From positions 2,666,001 to 2,730,000 of the forward strand of contig NC_087254.1 in NCBI RefSeq assembly GCF_037042905.1: a stretch of 64,000 nucleotides of DNA, in the 5' to 3' direction. Below the pieces are notes generated by a model. It did not search any database. It was not told the DNA's origin and saw only the letters and a program-made list of their open reading frames with translations. The DNA is from Lytechinus pictus (Eukaryota). Positions 48,164 through 61,959 of this stretch are shown piece by piece (position 1 is the stretch's first letter; each line of letters opens with the position of its first letter). A program made the translations under genes and the position numbers.

Positions 48164-51100
48164 TCTTGTCTTCGGTTGGTTTTAGACCATCCTTCGTGAA
48201 CATGTACCCGTAGAACTCTATCTCTTTAACGGATAATTGTTTAAGGTGACATCGAAGTCTGCTGCTCTTTGTAGAACTTGTTGAGTGTCTGGTTGTGATC
48301 TGATAGCGTCTTCCCACCTTTCAGTATGTCATCTCTCTGCCTCAGGCAGTAGGGAATATCGCCGAAGATCCTCTCGATTACCTAATCGAATAGTGAGGAT
48401 TTTGCCTAAAAATTTGTCTCCTCGGTCTCATGTTACCCCATGGTGTACTGAATGTGGCAACAGTTCTTGATGCTGGATCCCAGATTAGTTGATGGTATCC
48501 CCGTTTCATGTTAAGTTTAGAGAATATTCTGCAGTCATGGGATTTGTACATGCAATCTTCCACCATAGGTGTTTGCATGATTCGACTACTGTCCATGTGT
48601 TTGTTCACAACTCTCTAGTTCACGCTAGCTCTGATCATGCGTGGTTCCAGTTCATCTTACGGTGTACCATCAAATCTAGGTTTTGGTTGGACAACCAATG
48701 GTGAACACCAAGTGACCGGTTCATCTTCTGGGATCTCTTCAAATATCTCCTCTTCCACACACTGTTCTAGCCACTTCTTCAATGGTTTCTGTACTGGTCT
48801 GGCTTTTTGTGTCACTGGAGCCGCATCAGGATGCATGTGCATGAATTTAGCATAGATTTCCTTGTCGTTTCTACAATCGTAAATCTTGCCGATCCCTTCA
48901 AATCTCTCTTTGTATTCATCCACTTTTTCCTTTACACTCGATGGATTTGTCAATATTTTCTGCACCTTCTCAGTTTTCAATTCATTCTCCTCCTTGAGAG
49001 AGCCTAGCATCTGGTCGTATTTCCATCATCCCTAGAGCAATAGATAAGATTCTGCAAGCAACGGGAGAGAATTTATCTTGCCTTTTACAACGAAGAATTG
49101 AGTTTCTATCCCTCTAGTCTCATTTTGAATGATCGTGTTGGATTCCCCTTTTACTTGCAGTTCAGTTTGGAGTGTTGATATTTTTACCCGATTTTAACGT
49201 CGGTCGGTTCAAGCAGCAACTCTTTGTCTGTTCTTGGAGAAGGGCTTGAAGATTGATGTTCATCCATCACGTTTACATCAGCTCCACTGTCAAGCTCAAC
49301 ATGTGTATCTAGGTCTGCGATTTTGACGTATGCTTTCCTGTTTGTACCTCCCACCTTTCTAAGGATAGTCTTCACTCTATTCATGTGTGATACGAATTGA
49401 GTTGTCATTTGTTTCAGTCTTCCTCACTCTGTGTTTCTCTGTGTGGTATTTCTTGTTCTGCCTCTGTCCAGTTTTGCACACATGCAGCAGAAAAATGGTT
49501 TGATTTACCACACTTTTTACACTTTTGTCCATAGGCTGGGCATTTTTTTTACCTTTGCCATGTTTGTTATGCTCACAGTATGCGCATCTCGTCTGCTTCT
49601 ATCGTCGGTTGATGTCGTTTGTTTCTGGTTCTATTTATCTGGTATCCATCTTTTCTTTTGTAGCTTTGCTGCATGTTTGTCAGTTGGGGTTTCATTTCTC
49701 ATTTTATTAATTGGCATTTTGACATCTTCCAGTTATGATGCTTCATTAATCAATTGTGAGAGTGTCCACTGCTTCCCAATAGCTTTTTGAATGAGTACTG
49801 GATTTTTGATCGTTTGGAAAAGGTGTTCCATTATTCTTTTATCAGTTGTTGCCCCAAATTCACAATCTGCTGCTTCTTCTCGCACTCTACCAGCATACGC
49901 AATTGTGGTTCCCCTTCACCCATTCTTGTTTTGAGAAAGACATGGCATGGTGCTTAGTTCTTTTTGGTTTATAGCAGTCATCCAGCTTGTTCTTGATCTT
50001 ATTGTAGCAATCAATTCAGCGCTACCTTCTATATCTGGCAATTTCCTTGCCCCCGTAAATCACTAGTGCATCAGCGACGATATATTAAGACTCGGATGCA
50101 ACTTTGTAGTTAAGATCAATACTTTTATTACCGTAACCATATCAAGTGTCGGAAAACGTATTGTCGCATAACCAGCGCAGATGGCGCTATAACATCAGAT
50201 ACTAATCAACTGGCGTAATCACTTTTTCCTTATGTAGATGAAAAGAATTTTGCAATGATCCAAGGCGAGAAGCTTAGTGAAGGTATTATGTTATTATAAA
50301 GGTGTAAACTTTCAAACAACTGCAAAACAAATGCGCTAGCATTAAAGCGAAGACATATCCACTAAATGGAAGTCAACCAGAACCAAAAACAATAACCAAA
50401 AATTAAATACGCAGCATAATTTATCACAAGCGAAAAATAATGTGCAGCAATTGGTAGTAGGCGAACTAGCTGGAGAGAGCGGTGGTATTCGTTTGAAATG
50501 GTGTGGACCCTGAAAGCAATAAACTATCAATGCTTGGTAGCAGCAGCAATGGACAGTGTCTCTACTTCACCAGGTAACCATTGACGACCACGGAGGTTCC
50601 CGCTTAAGAAACCTGCGATGAAAGACGTCCGGTCCCTTGTGACATACATGGTTGCGCCGAGACCATGGTTCTTCACGGATCCATTAGTGACAATCCACAG
50701 CTGATCAGATGGACGGGGTAGAGTAACAGTACGAGTAGACTTGATTCCAGACTGGGCTTTGTTGAAGGCATCATGAAGCTCATCCGTCTAGCAGATGCGG
50801 TCTCGAGATTTCATACCTGCAATTGATTCATCCAGGGGGCCCAGATAGGATGCGCAATTCGGAAGAACGCGAGCAATCATCTAGTAGGCACCAATGAAAG
50901 ACCGCATTCCCTTCACAGTTGAAGGGCATGCGCACGTTGATAGAGTCGTTACCCTGTGAGGACTTGCTTTTAGGCTCCCTTCAGACCAAACCCATCCTAA
51001 AATAGTAGTGGTTTTAGGACAGACGGCAGTCTTAGATGGAGAAAGGTGAAGACCATTGGACGCTAGCGCATGTAACACCCTGGACCAGTTATGCAAAAGG

Positions 51101-53820
51101 GCCTGCCAGGTATCAGCACCACAGTACAAGTCGTCTGCAAGCTTGACAACACCACCTTCAAACAATAGATCTCCAAGTACTCGACACATCAACTCCTCCA
51201 ATGCCGTCTCTGATCCCGGCATACCCATAGCACAACGGGTGTAAACCCTGATGCCACGGAAAGGGGTAGCAACACCACAATACTTCATCGAATCACGAGA
51301 GAGAGGTATTTGATAAAAGGCAATTGCAAGGTCAGATGCGATAATGTACTTCCACTGACCTATCTTTCTCAGAGTGGAATCAACATCAGGCAAAACTGAG
51401 GGCTGTGGCTTTGAGTAGCGCCCAACATCAGCAAAGGCTGTGACAAGAGGGTAGGAGGGGAATCCGAGCGAGGCTCCAAGACAAGTGTCTCGTCAGTAGA
51501 AAACTCTGGAGGAAGGGAAAACTCAAGGAATTCACCTTGCCACAGGGTGGTAGTTTGAGAAGGGGCACGAAGGACAAATGCGCGACGGACTGCATGACCA
51601 GCTTTAGGCTTACTACAGCTACCGTAACTAAACACGGTACCGCCAGCCAATGAAATCTCCCTCCTTGCTGGCCTGATGGCCACATCATTCCTTTTCATAA
51701 ATGGAGCACCAGCCAAAACGTCAACATCAAGGTTCTCAACGACCAATCCTTCAAAGTTGAACACATGACTGGCACGACAAACGGTGAAACGAGTTTCATG
51801 ACCAGCTTGACCAGCTTTAGGCTTACTACAGCTACCGTGACTAAACACGGTACCGCCAGCCAATGAAATCTCCCTCCTTGCTGGCCTGATGGCCACATCA
51901 TTCCTTTTCATAAATGGAGCAGCAGCCAAAACGTCAACATCAAGGTTCTCAACGACCAATCCTTCAAAGTGGAACACATGACTGCCACGACAAACGGTGA
52001 AATGAGTTTCACCACAAACCTGCAGCGGGGAGGACCCGTCAGCCTGATGAGCTGACTGGGTGGTGGAGGACACGTTACAGCCGTAGAAGCACGCATCATG
52101 TTTCCAGTAGCACCGCTGTCAAGGGTGATACGAACAGCATGATGGTTATAAAATGCGTCGAAATAAGGAGACTGGCGAACTTGGACACGCAGTGTGTAAG
52201 AGATACCCCCGCAGTCAGGGTCTGGTGACAAACAAGACTCGTCATCCTGGGGGTCAACGTCATCGTCAAAATCGTTAGAACTACCATCATCGAAAATCTT
52301 GGCAACTTGCCTGGACTTCGTCATGTACTGCCGATCGGAGTCTGGGAGGTAAGGACAGGCACTCAAAACGCAGAGGGGACAAGACTTGGAAGGCCTGGGA
52401 CGGAACTTTGCTGGGGTTCGAGATTGACTACGCCGGGGAGCAGTCTGACTACGACCACGAGGCAGAAAGGCAGCTGTACGCATAGCCCTGGAACATTCAA
52501 CTGACTCCAAAAGACTAGTAAGGGCCTGAGAAATTTCAGGTTTGAGGGATGCAAGTGTGCGTGAACGGAGTTCTGTGCCGTACCTCTGCTTCACCACCTG
52601 GGGAAGGTCAGGGTGCAAATGGCGAAGCCACTGCAAAACAATGAAATTCTCAATTGTAGGCGAAAGCTCTTCATCATCCTGGATGGGATCACCGTGATGG
52701 GTAAAACCACCACCAGCCGTCAACAAATTATCCTCGACAAAGTAAGTAATATTTGATAAAGATCTTCCGGTCGCTCATCAGATTCCAGCTTGATCTCGCA
52801 AAAGTCCAGAAAATGAGCCCCTGTTGCCTGGAACCCATAGTGAAGCCTAATAGTGGCCCATATGTCATTAAAAGACGTTGAATTGCGAACAATAGAATTT
52901 CTAGAAATGACGGGACAAAAATTAGCTATTTGGCCAAGCATGAGGTCAAGTAGGTTTGACTTCTGTTGAGCAGTCTTGCGTACCTCTGCAGGAACAGAGG
53001 GATTATCATCTAAGAAACCCCATGTGGGGTTAGCTTTTGTTTTTTTTACCCCATGTTACCGACTCAGAAAGGAAGAAAGCGAAATTAGGATCAAGATTCA
53101 AGGTGTACAAAATATTCTGTCTCCATCCTTCAAATGATGTTATTGATTAGACTTTACCTAAGTACCTTCCCTTTGGAACTTTAGGCACACTGCACTCCAT
53201 TGTGAGGCTGTGGGACCGACACTTATTACGGCGAGATATAACCAACTACTCGTCCACGGTAAACTTACTTTTACGGTGCAACCAGCTGTTTTCCTTCTCA
53301 GCAAAGTCCTTCAAATGTGGCCTAAGATAAACTTTCAGGCGTGGGTGAATCCCATAAGCGGCCAGCACGACAATATAATAAGACTCAGATGCAACTTTGT
53401 AGTTAAGATCAATACTTTTATTACCGTAACCATATCAAGTGTCGGACAAACGTATTGTCGCATAACCAGCGCAGATGGCGCTATGACATCAGATACTAAT
53501 CAACTGGCGAAGCTTTATCTTGTCTCTGTAATAATCGTAATTTGTTCTGCCATCTTGGATGGAACTGAGCGGTACAATGTGCACGTCGTCGAGGTTCGGG
53601 CCAAACTCCGTCGGGCAAAATCAGTCCAAACACCAAATCAACATCTTTCCCGTAATTCGTAGGGTCGCCGATGTAACATCTGGCATCTCAATAGGATCAC
53701 TATTCACGTAGTCAATCACACGACTAAAATAATAATGACATTGCAGACCGATGGCTTCTTTACATGATCACACAGTTCATCTATATTCTGTTCTCATGTG
53801 CAATATATAACATCGTACAA
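48164..53820 (-). mobile_element. Ty3/Gypsy retrotransposon C, degenerate and split by element D
   Basis: gag DALVIYGG.EIAR, CxxCx4H knuckles, LDSGADVNV protease and WCSPLVVQPKP/YHQL RT at 48164-50070; leader, PBS-like TCGGCGAC and LTR-like TGTAACA at 53510-53820. Confidence 0.75.
50070..53508 (-). mobile_element. Ty3/Gypsy-type retrotransposon D (LADD-type RT) with ~145-bp direct terminal repeats
   Basis: gag (52300-53160), LDSGATGNM protease, RT DL..AFYQIPL...MGMPGSE...KLADDLYCG, RNase H start; repeats at 50070-50215 and 53363-53508. Confidence 0.88.
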
Positions 53821-53899
53821 TCTCCTTGGCACTATTCTCGCTAGTCTAATTCCAAGACACTAAAATCAGGAATATCGGGAACATCATCAGTCAGCACTA

Positions 53900-56800
53900 A
53901 ATTCAATATCATGTTTATGCTGATGACATTCAGAAGTTCACCTTTTTCGATCAAGCCTGGAGATGCAGCCTGCGCGTACTTCGGGTTTTGTGAAGACCTC
54001 GAAACATGTCTCCATACTATCACAAAAGAAGAGAAACAAATATATTTAATGGTTGATTTCAATATTGATCTTTTATCTCAAATTAATGAACATGATATAT
54101 TCCTACACACTATGCATTCATTTGGATATTATACCCATATAGATAAACCGACCAGAATTGACAGTCATTCCTTAACACTTATCGACAACATTTTTTCAAA
54201 TATATTATATCTGATCATTTACCGGTTTTTCTATTATGCGAAAACGATATTGTAAAAGATAGTACACCGAATTTGGTAATGTATAGATAGAAAAGAATCA
54301 CCTAATAATATTGAATCATTAAAAAGTGATCTTGCAAGTGAAGAACGGTTGGACGTTTTTCATGAGTCTACTTCAAATACAGCATACATAAATTGTAACA
54401 AAAAATTACAGACATATTACGATTTTTTTCCCTCTGGTATCACCTGTCAAAAAAGGAAAGCTAAAATGCCATGGATTACGAATACGATTCTACAATCCAT
54501 ATATGCCCGAAATAAGCTATACAAAGCATTCCCAAAGAACCCTTCTATTGAAAATAAAAATAAATATCAAACTTATAGAAATAGACTAACGAATATAATT
54601 CGAGCTGCTCGCAAATCTTTCTATTCCGAGAAACTTATTAGAGTTAAATCAAATAATAGGCAAATAATCAAAAACATTACCTAAAGATAATTTCACGGTT
54701 CATGATGTTGCAATAAATTCGGAAGATGTAGCTGATACCTTTAATTCATTTTTTATAAACATAGGACCTTCATTGGCAAACCAACTTTACAGACCAAATC
54801 AAAATTATGCAAAGTTTCTTCCCACACCCACCGATTCTTCGTTATTCTTTAAACCCACAAATTTTCAGGAAACAATGGAAATAACAAAACATCTCAAATT
54901 TAGCAACTCTCAAGGGCACGATAGAATAAGCACTTTCCTTCTTAAACACATCATACATTATATTGCATCTCCTTTGAGTCACATTTTAATATATCGATCA
55001 GCACCGGCCAATGTCCTGATTCCCTAAAAATTGCTAAGGTAAATCTTGTTTAAAAAAAAGATAATCCACATGAAATAACTAATTACAGGCCTATATCTAT
55101 TCTTCCCAGCATATCCAAAATATTAGGAAAAAAAATATTTACAGCAGACTTTACACGTTCCTAGATTCTTTTCATTTTCTAAATTCAAACCAATATGGAT
55201 TCAGGAAAGAACATTCAACAGACCAGGCTTTAGTACATATATATATACTATAAAATTCCAAATGCAATGGCCAAAAAGAACATATGATAGGAGTATTCAT
55301 GTACCTAAGCAAAGCCTTTGATACCCTCGACCACCAAATTTTACTTTAAAAAAATGAAAATTATGCAGTTAGAGGAATTGCATTATCATGGTTTGAGAGT
55401 TATTTATCAAATAGAAAACAATATGTAATTCACAATAATATTTCTTCTAACCTTCAATGAATAAAATGTGGAGTTTCACAAGGATCCATATTGGGCCCCT
55501 TGCTTTTCTTAACATATATTAATGATTTGACTTATGTAACGCCTTTGTTATCATTTGTATTATTTGCAGATGACACAAAAATTGTTTGCTCACATAATAG
55601 TTTAGAAACTTTAGTAGATACAATAAATCGTGAATTTCCAAAGCTTTCTATATGGTTTAAGTGTAATAAGCTTTCACTTAATATAGATAAAACAAACTTT
55701 ATGTATTTCAAACATACAAATTCACATATTGCTGAATATCCTTACAATATAATCATAGACAATACTCCTCTGAAAAGAAAAAAGGATGTTACAATAGATT
55801 AAGATTTATATTGGAACGAACACATACATGTACATTGCATATCTACTAGTATCTCGAGAAACGTCGGTGTACTTTTCAAAATGAAAAACATTATTCCACA
55901 AACTACCCTTGTTACACTATACAATTCATTAATTTTACCATATACATCGTACTGCTATATAGTTTGGGCAACCTGTGCAAAAACTAAAATAAATTCAATA
56001 TATTTATTACAGAAAAAAGCTATTCGAATTTTACTGATTCGCAGTATTTAGCACACACAAAACCATTATTCCATAAACTAAAGACTCTAACATTATTTGA
56101 CATATATTCACTTCAAAGTTAACTGCTGATGTTCAAGTACGTAAATAACATGCTTCCACCTTCATTCCACAATTTTTATACAATGAACACATCTATGCAT
56201 TCATACCTACACGGAACTCTTCAGATTTTCACTTAATCAACCCCAAATTGCTCATTGCACAGAGATCCATAAGATACCACGGTCCCGATTTATGGAACTC
56301 TCTACCAGAGTCTATCAAAAAATGTTAATCTCTTTACTCATTCAAGGCAAATTTTAAATCCATGTTATTATCAGAATATTTAAAGTAAGTTTTCTGTGTC
56401 AGTATTTCAGTTAATCATTAAATCACTTTTCCTGTGATTTAATCATCACCAAATACTCTCCCATGACCACCACCACCATCGTCATCATTATGAACAAAAT
56501 AACATTTCCATTCTGCTTTATAAATGTGTATATTAATTTAATAAGTTTAATTCAGGGGTTGTCATTTTTTCAAGCAATCTGCTTATAATGACGATCCTTC
56601 TCCTGCAAACTGTAATGTTAAATTTTCTTTCTTGGTAGTAGATCATATTTGTTTAGAATGACTTTTTAATTTTTCATTTGGTTTTTTTCTTTATGATTCA
56701 TACCAAAATTAGTTACCGTTATATTTTGTTTGTTACGTAATGAAAATTGTATTGTATACGAATGTTATGAATGCAGAAGAAAACAATGAATCAAATCAAA
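53900..56800 (+). mobile_element. L2/CR1-group LINE ORF2, degenerate, with 3' tail
   Basis: DFNIDLL, KPTRI..TLIDNIF, PWIT, NYRPISILP, QYGFR, LFADDT, NKLSLN; (ATCAA)n tail. Confidence 0.9.
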
Positions 56801-57109
56801 TATACCATGTAGCACATCTATTTAAAGTTTTATACCATTAATCATTTATGTGCTTGTTACGCAAATGTAACGATATCACCTAACGATACCAACATAATAC
56901 GCTTATTGGTAATAAACTGAAATTTAATTCTTGTAAAACAGAGTTCTTTGTTGCTGCATCTCCTGCACACCTCAATCGGTTCCTGGACCTTTCTTTTTCT
57001 TTCGATTGCATAAATATTCCCATACCGTCATTAATAAAGGATTTGGGAGTTGTTTTTGATAGGGGAATGAAAATGACTAAACATATAACATACTGGTGTC
57101 GCATTCTCA

Positions 57110-57689
57110 ACTGGCAATTCTACAATCTCATTCGCAGTCGCAAGGCGTTTCTTGGATAAGGACACATGCCATTAAGTTGTGGGGCACTTGTTCTCTCCAG
57201 GCTTGACTATGGTGGATGCTTGCTTGGGGTATCAGTAAATAAGATCTGGGTAGACTTCAACGCCTTCAGAGCAAACGTGCACGCTTAATCTGTCAAAAAC
57301 CAAAGTGGCGTCATCCTACCCCTCTTCGAAATAAACTTCATTGGCTACCTGTTTCTGAGAATACATTATAGAATTCTTGTTCAAACTTACAAATCTCTGT
57401 CAACCACACTTCCTTAATATGTTTTTCGCTATTCCAGCAACAAAGGTCAACATACTCTCTTCGTTCTACATCTGCTCCTTCCTATGTCATTCCTAAATCT
57501 AGAAAACAGGTCGGCTTCAATTCTTTCTAATCTCTTGCCCCCCGTCTTGGAACAAACTCCCACCATCTCTCCGAAACATCTCTTCTCTCGACCTCTTCAA
57601 AAACATCTTAAAATACACCGGTATAACTATAAACCTTAACCTGTCTAATGTCATTAACAGCGCTTTGTATCGTCTGGAAAAGCGCTATA
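57110..57689 (+). mobile_element. L2-type LINE 3' fragment
   Basis: SRLDY, LQRLQ, LHWLPV; 3' end agcgctt...aagcgctata continues after the MITE as (ATT)n. Confidence 0.7.
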
Positions 57690-58721
57690 CAGCGCGTCCC
57701 CAAAAGAATGTCCCTCTGACAAACAGCTGAATTAATTCTAAAATCACGTGTTATTCTGAATCATATGTGCAGAACTAAAAAGTTCACTTCATGTTCTAAC
57801 TTCTATAAAAATTTCATTGGTCTCGCTTCAGCGGTTTTGAATACACAATCTATTATGTAACAGTAGTGCTTTTCAGCCCATTCCACGTTTGCAGGCAGCA
57901 CTGCTGTATGTTCTGTACTGTCTAGCATATCAACTCTACCTCCAGAATCTGACAAGGGAATTCCCTAATCTCATCAGGGAAATATCCATGATCAAACCTA
58001 GCTCATCAAATCACGACCTTGAGCATGTTCAGTAGGTTAAGAAATGTTACACCATTGCTTGAGAGTCCATTACAAGATTGATAATGGTAAATGCACAATG
58101 ATTGAGACAATATATAGGCCTTGCCTGTTTCATGCCTGGTTCAATGTTTCACTTATTTCAACTACATGTACTGCATTCTTGTTGCATTAATAATTTGTTA
58201 TTAGCTTACTGAGGTCAAGTTAATTTACCTATTTTATTAAAAAATTCAATTTCCACTAGTAATGTTCGATTTCGCAAAGTTACACTTGCGATTTGTCCTT
58301 CTTTGTTCAGGTTATTGTTCTCGCACATTTTCTTTCAGGTCGGTACATGGATCCCCCCTATCAATAAAAAAAAATCTTCATGATGGATATTTGTTTCCCT
58401 TCTGAACATGCTCATGTTCGTAATTTGATGAGCCTGGTCAGATCAGAGAAATGTCCCTGCTCAGATCCTTGATGTTAAATGGGGGTTAACATGCTAGAGA
58501 CAGTGCATAAATACAGTGCTGCAAACTTGGAATGGGCTGAAATGCACCATTGTTACAAAACATAATGTGTATTCAAAACCGCTGAAGCGAGACCGATGAA
58601 ATTTTCATAAAAGTTAGTTTATGAAATGAGCTTTCTAATTCTGTACATTTAATTGAATATGATACTATATTTTGGAATTAATTAAGCCGTAGGTCAGAGG
58701 GACATTTTTTAGGACGCGCTG
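57690..58721. mobile_element. Tc1/mariner-like MITE with long TIRs and TA TSD
   Basis: TA|cagcgcgtcc..atgtccctctgac ... gtcagagggacat..ggacgcgctg|TA. Confidence 0.85.
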
Positions 58722-59288
58722 TATGAATCCAATTATTATCATTATTTATCTTTTTAAATAATTTACAATTAACTTCGTTTTATCAACATGATTGTATATG
58801 CAATAATTCTGTTATCATTCGCCACACACCTATTTAAACTTCTTTTAATATTAAGACACAAGTTTGTATTTTATCTCAATAGATGTAGAGACTTCCGCTA
58901 CTGTTTATTCTCGAACGTAGAAATTAAGGCGGAGAGCGGTCGCGAAAGTATTACTTGTATAATTTGGTCTCACAATGCCAACTGACCGTGAACAGAAGTG
59001 CTGTATTTTGGCCTATGAAACATAACGAATAACACAGAAACATATCCAATAATGGTAAGAGGCCGACTTATAATACGAATATGTTGAAAGGTATAAACAC
59101 AAAACTAAGATAGCTCTATCTGATTTCATAATATTTCAAATAAATTAAATATTGTTGTTAAGGATATATAATATAGGTGAAAAATATATAGCCCAGTTAT
59201 GTTTATAGATGGCTATCACCCTATAAAAAAAGCGGCATGTTTTCATTTCAGTGGCGAGGCTCATATTTTTAACAGACCTGATGCGATC

Positions 59289-60392
59289 CTAGGGTTTTGA
59301 CGCCATTTTGGTGCCACAAATTGTTCTTATCTCTATGACACCTCTTCCAAGTGCATTATTTCTTTCAGAGTTTCGAGTGACCATGTCTTTCAGAGCCTCC
59401 TTGAATTCAGGGTACCTTACTGCATAGATGATCGGGTTTGCGCAGGAGTTATAGAATCCAAGAACTGTAAGCATTGAATGGAGATCACTGTTAATGTAGG
59501 ATTCAGGAACCCAACCGATATTATAACCAAGGTAAGCAATCTGGTTCGGAATCCAGCAGATAAAGTAGATTAGAATGACTATGATCATCATCTTCAGGAT
59601 ACGTTCTCTGGCCACAATGTGGAATGATGGCATTGGGTTTCTGTTGGAGAGATGGGTAGTCATTCCCTGAGCGTTGTTAGATTGTTGACTTAGCTTGCGA
59701 GCAATTAGAACCTGTGTGATTAGCATGGCGAAACATGGCACAACGATACGCAGACAGAACCAGTAATAAGCTATAATAAGTTTTGTGTAGCGGTTTAGAT
59801 ACTGTTCTTTGCACTTGTTGGTGAAGCCGTCAACCGAATGCACAAAGAAGACGAAGAGTACAGATAAGACAGACAGGATCCAGATAAGACAGATTAAGTT
59901 CGAGATACGACGCCGAGTGATGAGGCGCTTGAAATGAAGAGGGTATACCACAGCAATGTACCTTTCAACAGATATAGATATCAGGAGATATGCCGAGGCT
60001 GTAATGGACGCCCAGAGAAGGCTTTGTGTGATAACAAATCTGCAGTAGAGCTCACCTAACCAGGTGTTTGGAATGTACGTTGGCGAAGGGTTTGGTATGA
60101 GCATCACTGAAGTTAAGCAGTCTGCAACAGCAAGACCACTGATCAAGGAATCTGTTGATCTGTTCCTCTTCCTGCGATGAAAAAGAACAACAATCACTAG
60201 AATATTTCCTACAATGCCAAGGATTGCAGAGATAAGCTGCAGGATAACAGACCATGACCATTCCATTGGACTCCAAGAAAAACTTGCAAGGATTGACGAA
60301 TTTTCATCAAGTCCATCCTGCGTTTCATTTGATAGTCCATTGACAATCATGGAATCATATAGAGTACTTTCATCCATCATCAATTGCGTCAT
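59289..60392 (-). CDS. Intronless class A GPCR, copy 2 (~90% aa identity to copy 1)
   Basis: Same 7TM motifs (ERY, CWIP, NPIIY); intact frame; first ATG at 60392. Confidence 0.93.
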   Translation of the reverse strand: MTQLMMDESTLYDSMIVNGLSNETQDGLDENSSILASFSWSPMEWSWSVILQLISAILGIVGNILVIVVLFHRRKRNRSTDSLISGLAVADCLTSVMLIPNPSPTYIPNTWLGELYCRFVITQSLLWASITASAYLLISISVERYIAVVYPLHFKRLITRRRISNLICLIWILSVLSVLFVFFVHSVDGFTNKCKEQYLNRYTKLIIAYYWFCLRIVVPCFAMLITQVLIARKLSQQSNNAQGMTTHLSNRNPMPSFHIVARERILKMMIIVILIYFICWIPNQIAYLGYNIGWVPESYINSDLHSMLTVLGFYNSCANPIIYAVRYPEFKEALKDMVTRNSERNNALGRGVIEIRTICGTKMASKP

Positions 60393-61959
60393 TTTAATGA
60401 TCAATTTTGGAAATGATCGACGGTGCTCTTACTGGCCGATTACTTGTCAGGTAGTCTGAACCGTCTGTTTTAAGTATTAGTATTTTCAAGTAGTACAATT
60501 AGCCTTTTGATTTCATGGGGATTACCATGGCTGATTCGGCAACAGCAATATAAGCAACACGATAGAAGGGCAGAACCCATTAGTTCGATTGTGCTTTGTG
60601 GAAACTCTCTTTTCAACTCAGAGATTCCACAGATAGACTTTCAGAGTACGATGTTTTTTAACACTTGGAGATAACAATCTATGCACGTCAAAGATACTGT
60701 TCTACGTAATATTTCAAAATGACATGCAGTTCGCCCCCAAATATAAGCAGAAGTAACATGATAAATGAAAATAATTTTGTATGATATCCAGACGTCGCAG
60801 TTATATAATGAAAGCTCGGTATATCAGTTGATCAACTTAATTAAAGAAAGAGCACTATACGTTGACGTTGATCGATGATTGACTTCGGTTAATGATATTG
60901 ATTCCATTCAAACCACGCACGATCTTGATCTTTTTTTTTAAAGAAGAAGGCCACTTAATTTTTTTTATCATATGTGTACTGATGGTGGTTCGTGTCACCA
61001 TCATCAAACAATCATTGTATTTTTACTGGAAAATAAATTCGACGTCAATCAAAACGTGTGGGTAGACAAAGTCCTTCATACAGGAAAGTTCGATATAGTG
61101 AAAAAAAATAGAAATGTGAATTGGGTACAACATGAGTTCGAGGCAAATTCAATCAAAGAAATCCATGCAAGATGATACTCAGAAATGTGCTCAAAATACA
61201 GGGAAGCGGGTACTATAGTGTAAGCAAAAACTTTTACAATGGCAAATTGGGGAGATGAGTAACAGTTGGAACACAAGGAAACATTGACACGGTGACGGTG
61301 AGGCAAAGCCCCCTTCAAGAACCCCAACAAGGTTGCAGGATAAACAATGTTCCACAAATCTAAATCGACATTCAACCGAATTGCACATAAAGACCTAAAA
61401 TTTCATCCCAACAAATATAGAAAAATGCAGAATATTTTAAAATGAGATCATGGATAAAAAAAAATGTTTTGATTCATTTCCTTGTAGTAAAGGTTTTTAG
61501 GTTTAGTGTATATATATATATATATATTTATTTTTTTGTATACATTTCTTAAATCTTCATTTTTTTTTAAGTATGGGCCCCCAAGTTGTGGGTCAAAAAT
61601 CTATAAAAAAAAAGAAATAAATGAAATAAGAGTGAATGAAGACGTAATTTGAAAACGCGCTTTATTCAACGTAATGGAGAGGATTTCTGACGAGTGGTAA
61701 AAGAAGACATATTTCTGTGTTCAATGGACCATATTGCATAAAAATATGAGCCAGTTGTACAAAACACATGCCAGTTTACGATTCTAAAATTATGTACAAT
61801 AGAATCTAGTAATTTTTTTCACATTATACTCATTTAAAGTGCCATTAAAATTTTTGTGGGACACGCTGTACGCTGTTTACACGCGATGGAAATACAATTG
61901 CATTTTACACCGTATGGTTCAATTTTGATTTCAAGTGCAATTGGTTCAATTAGTTTGCG

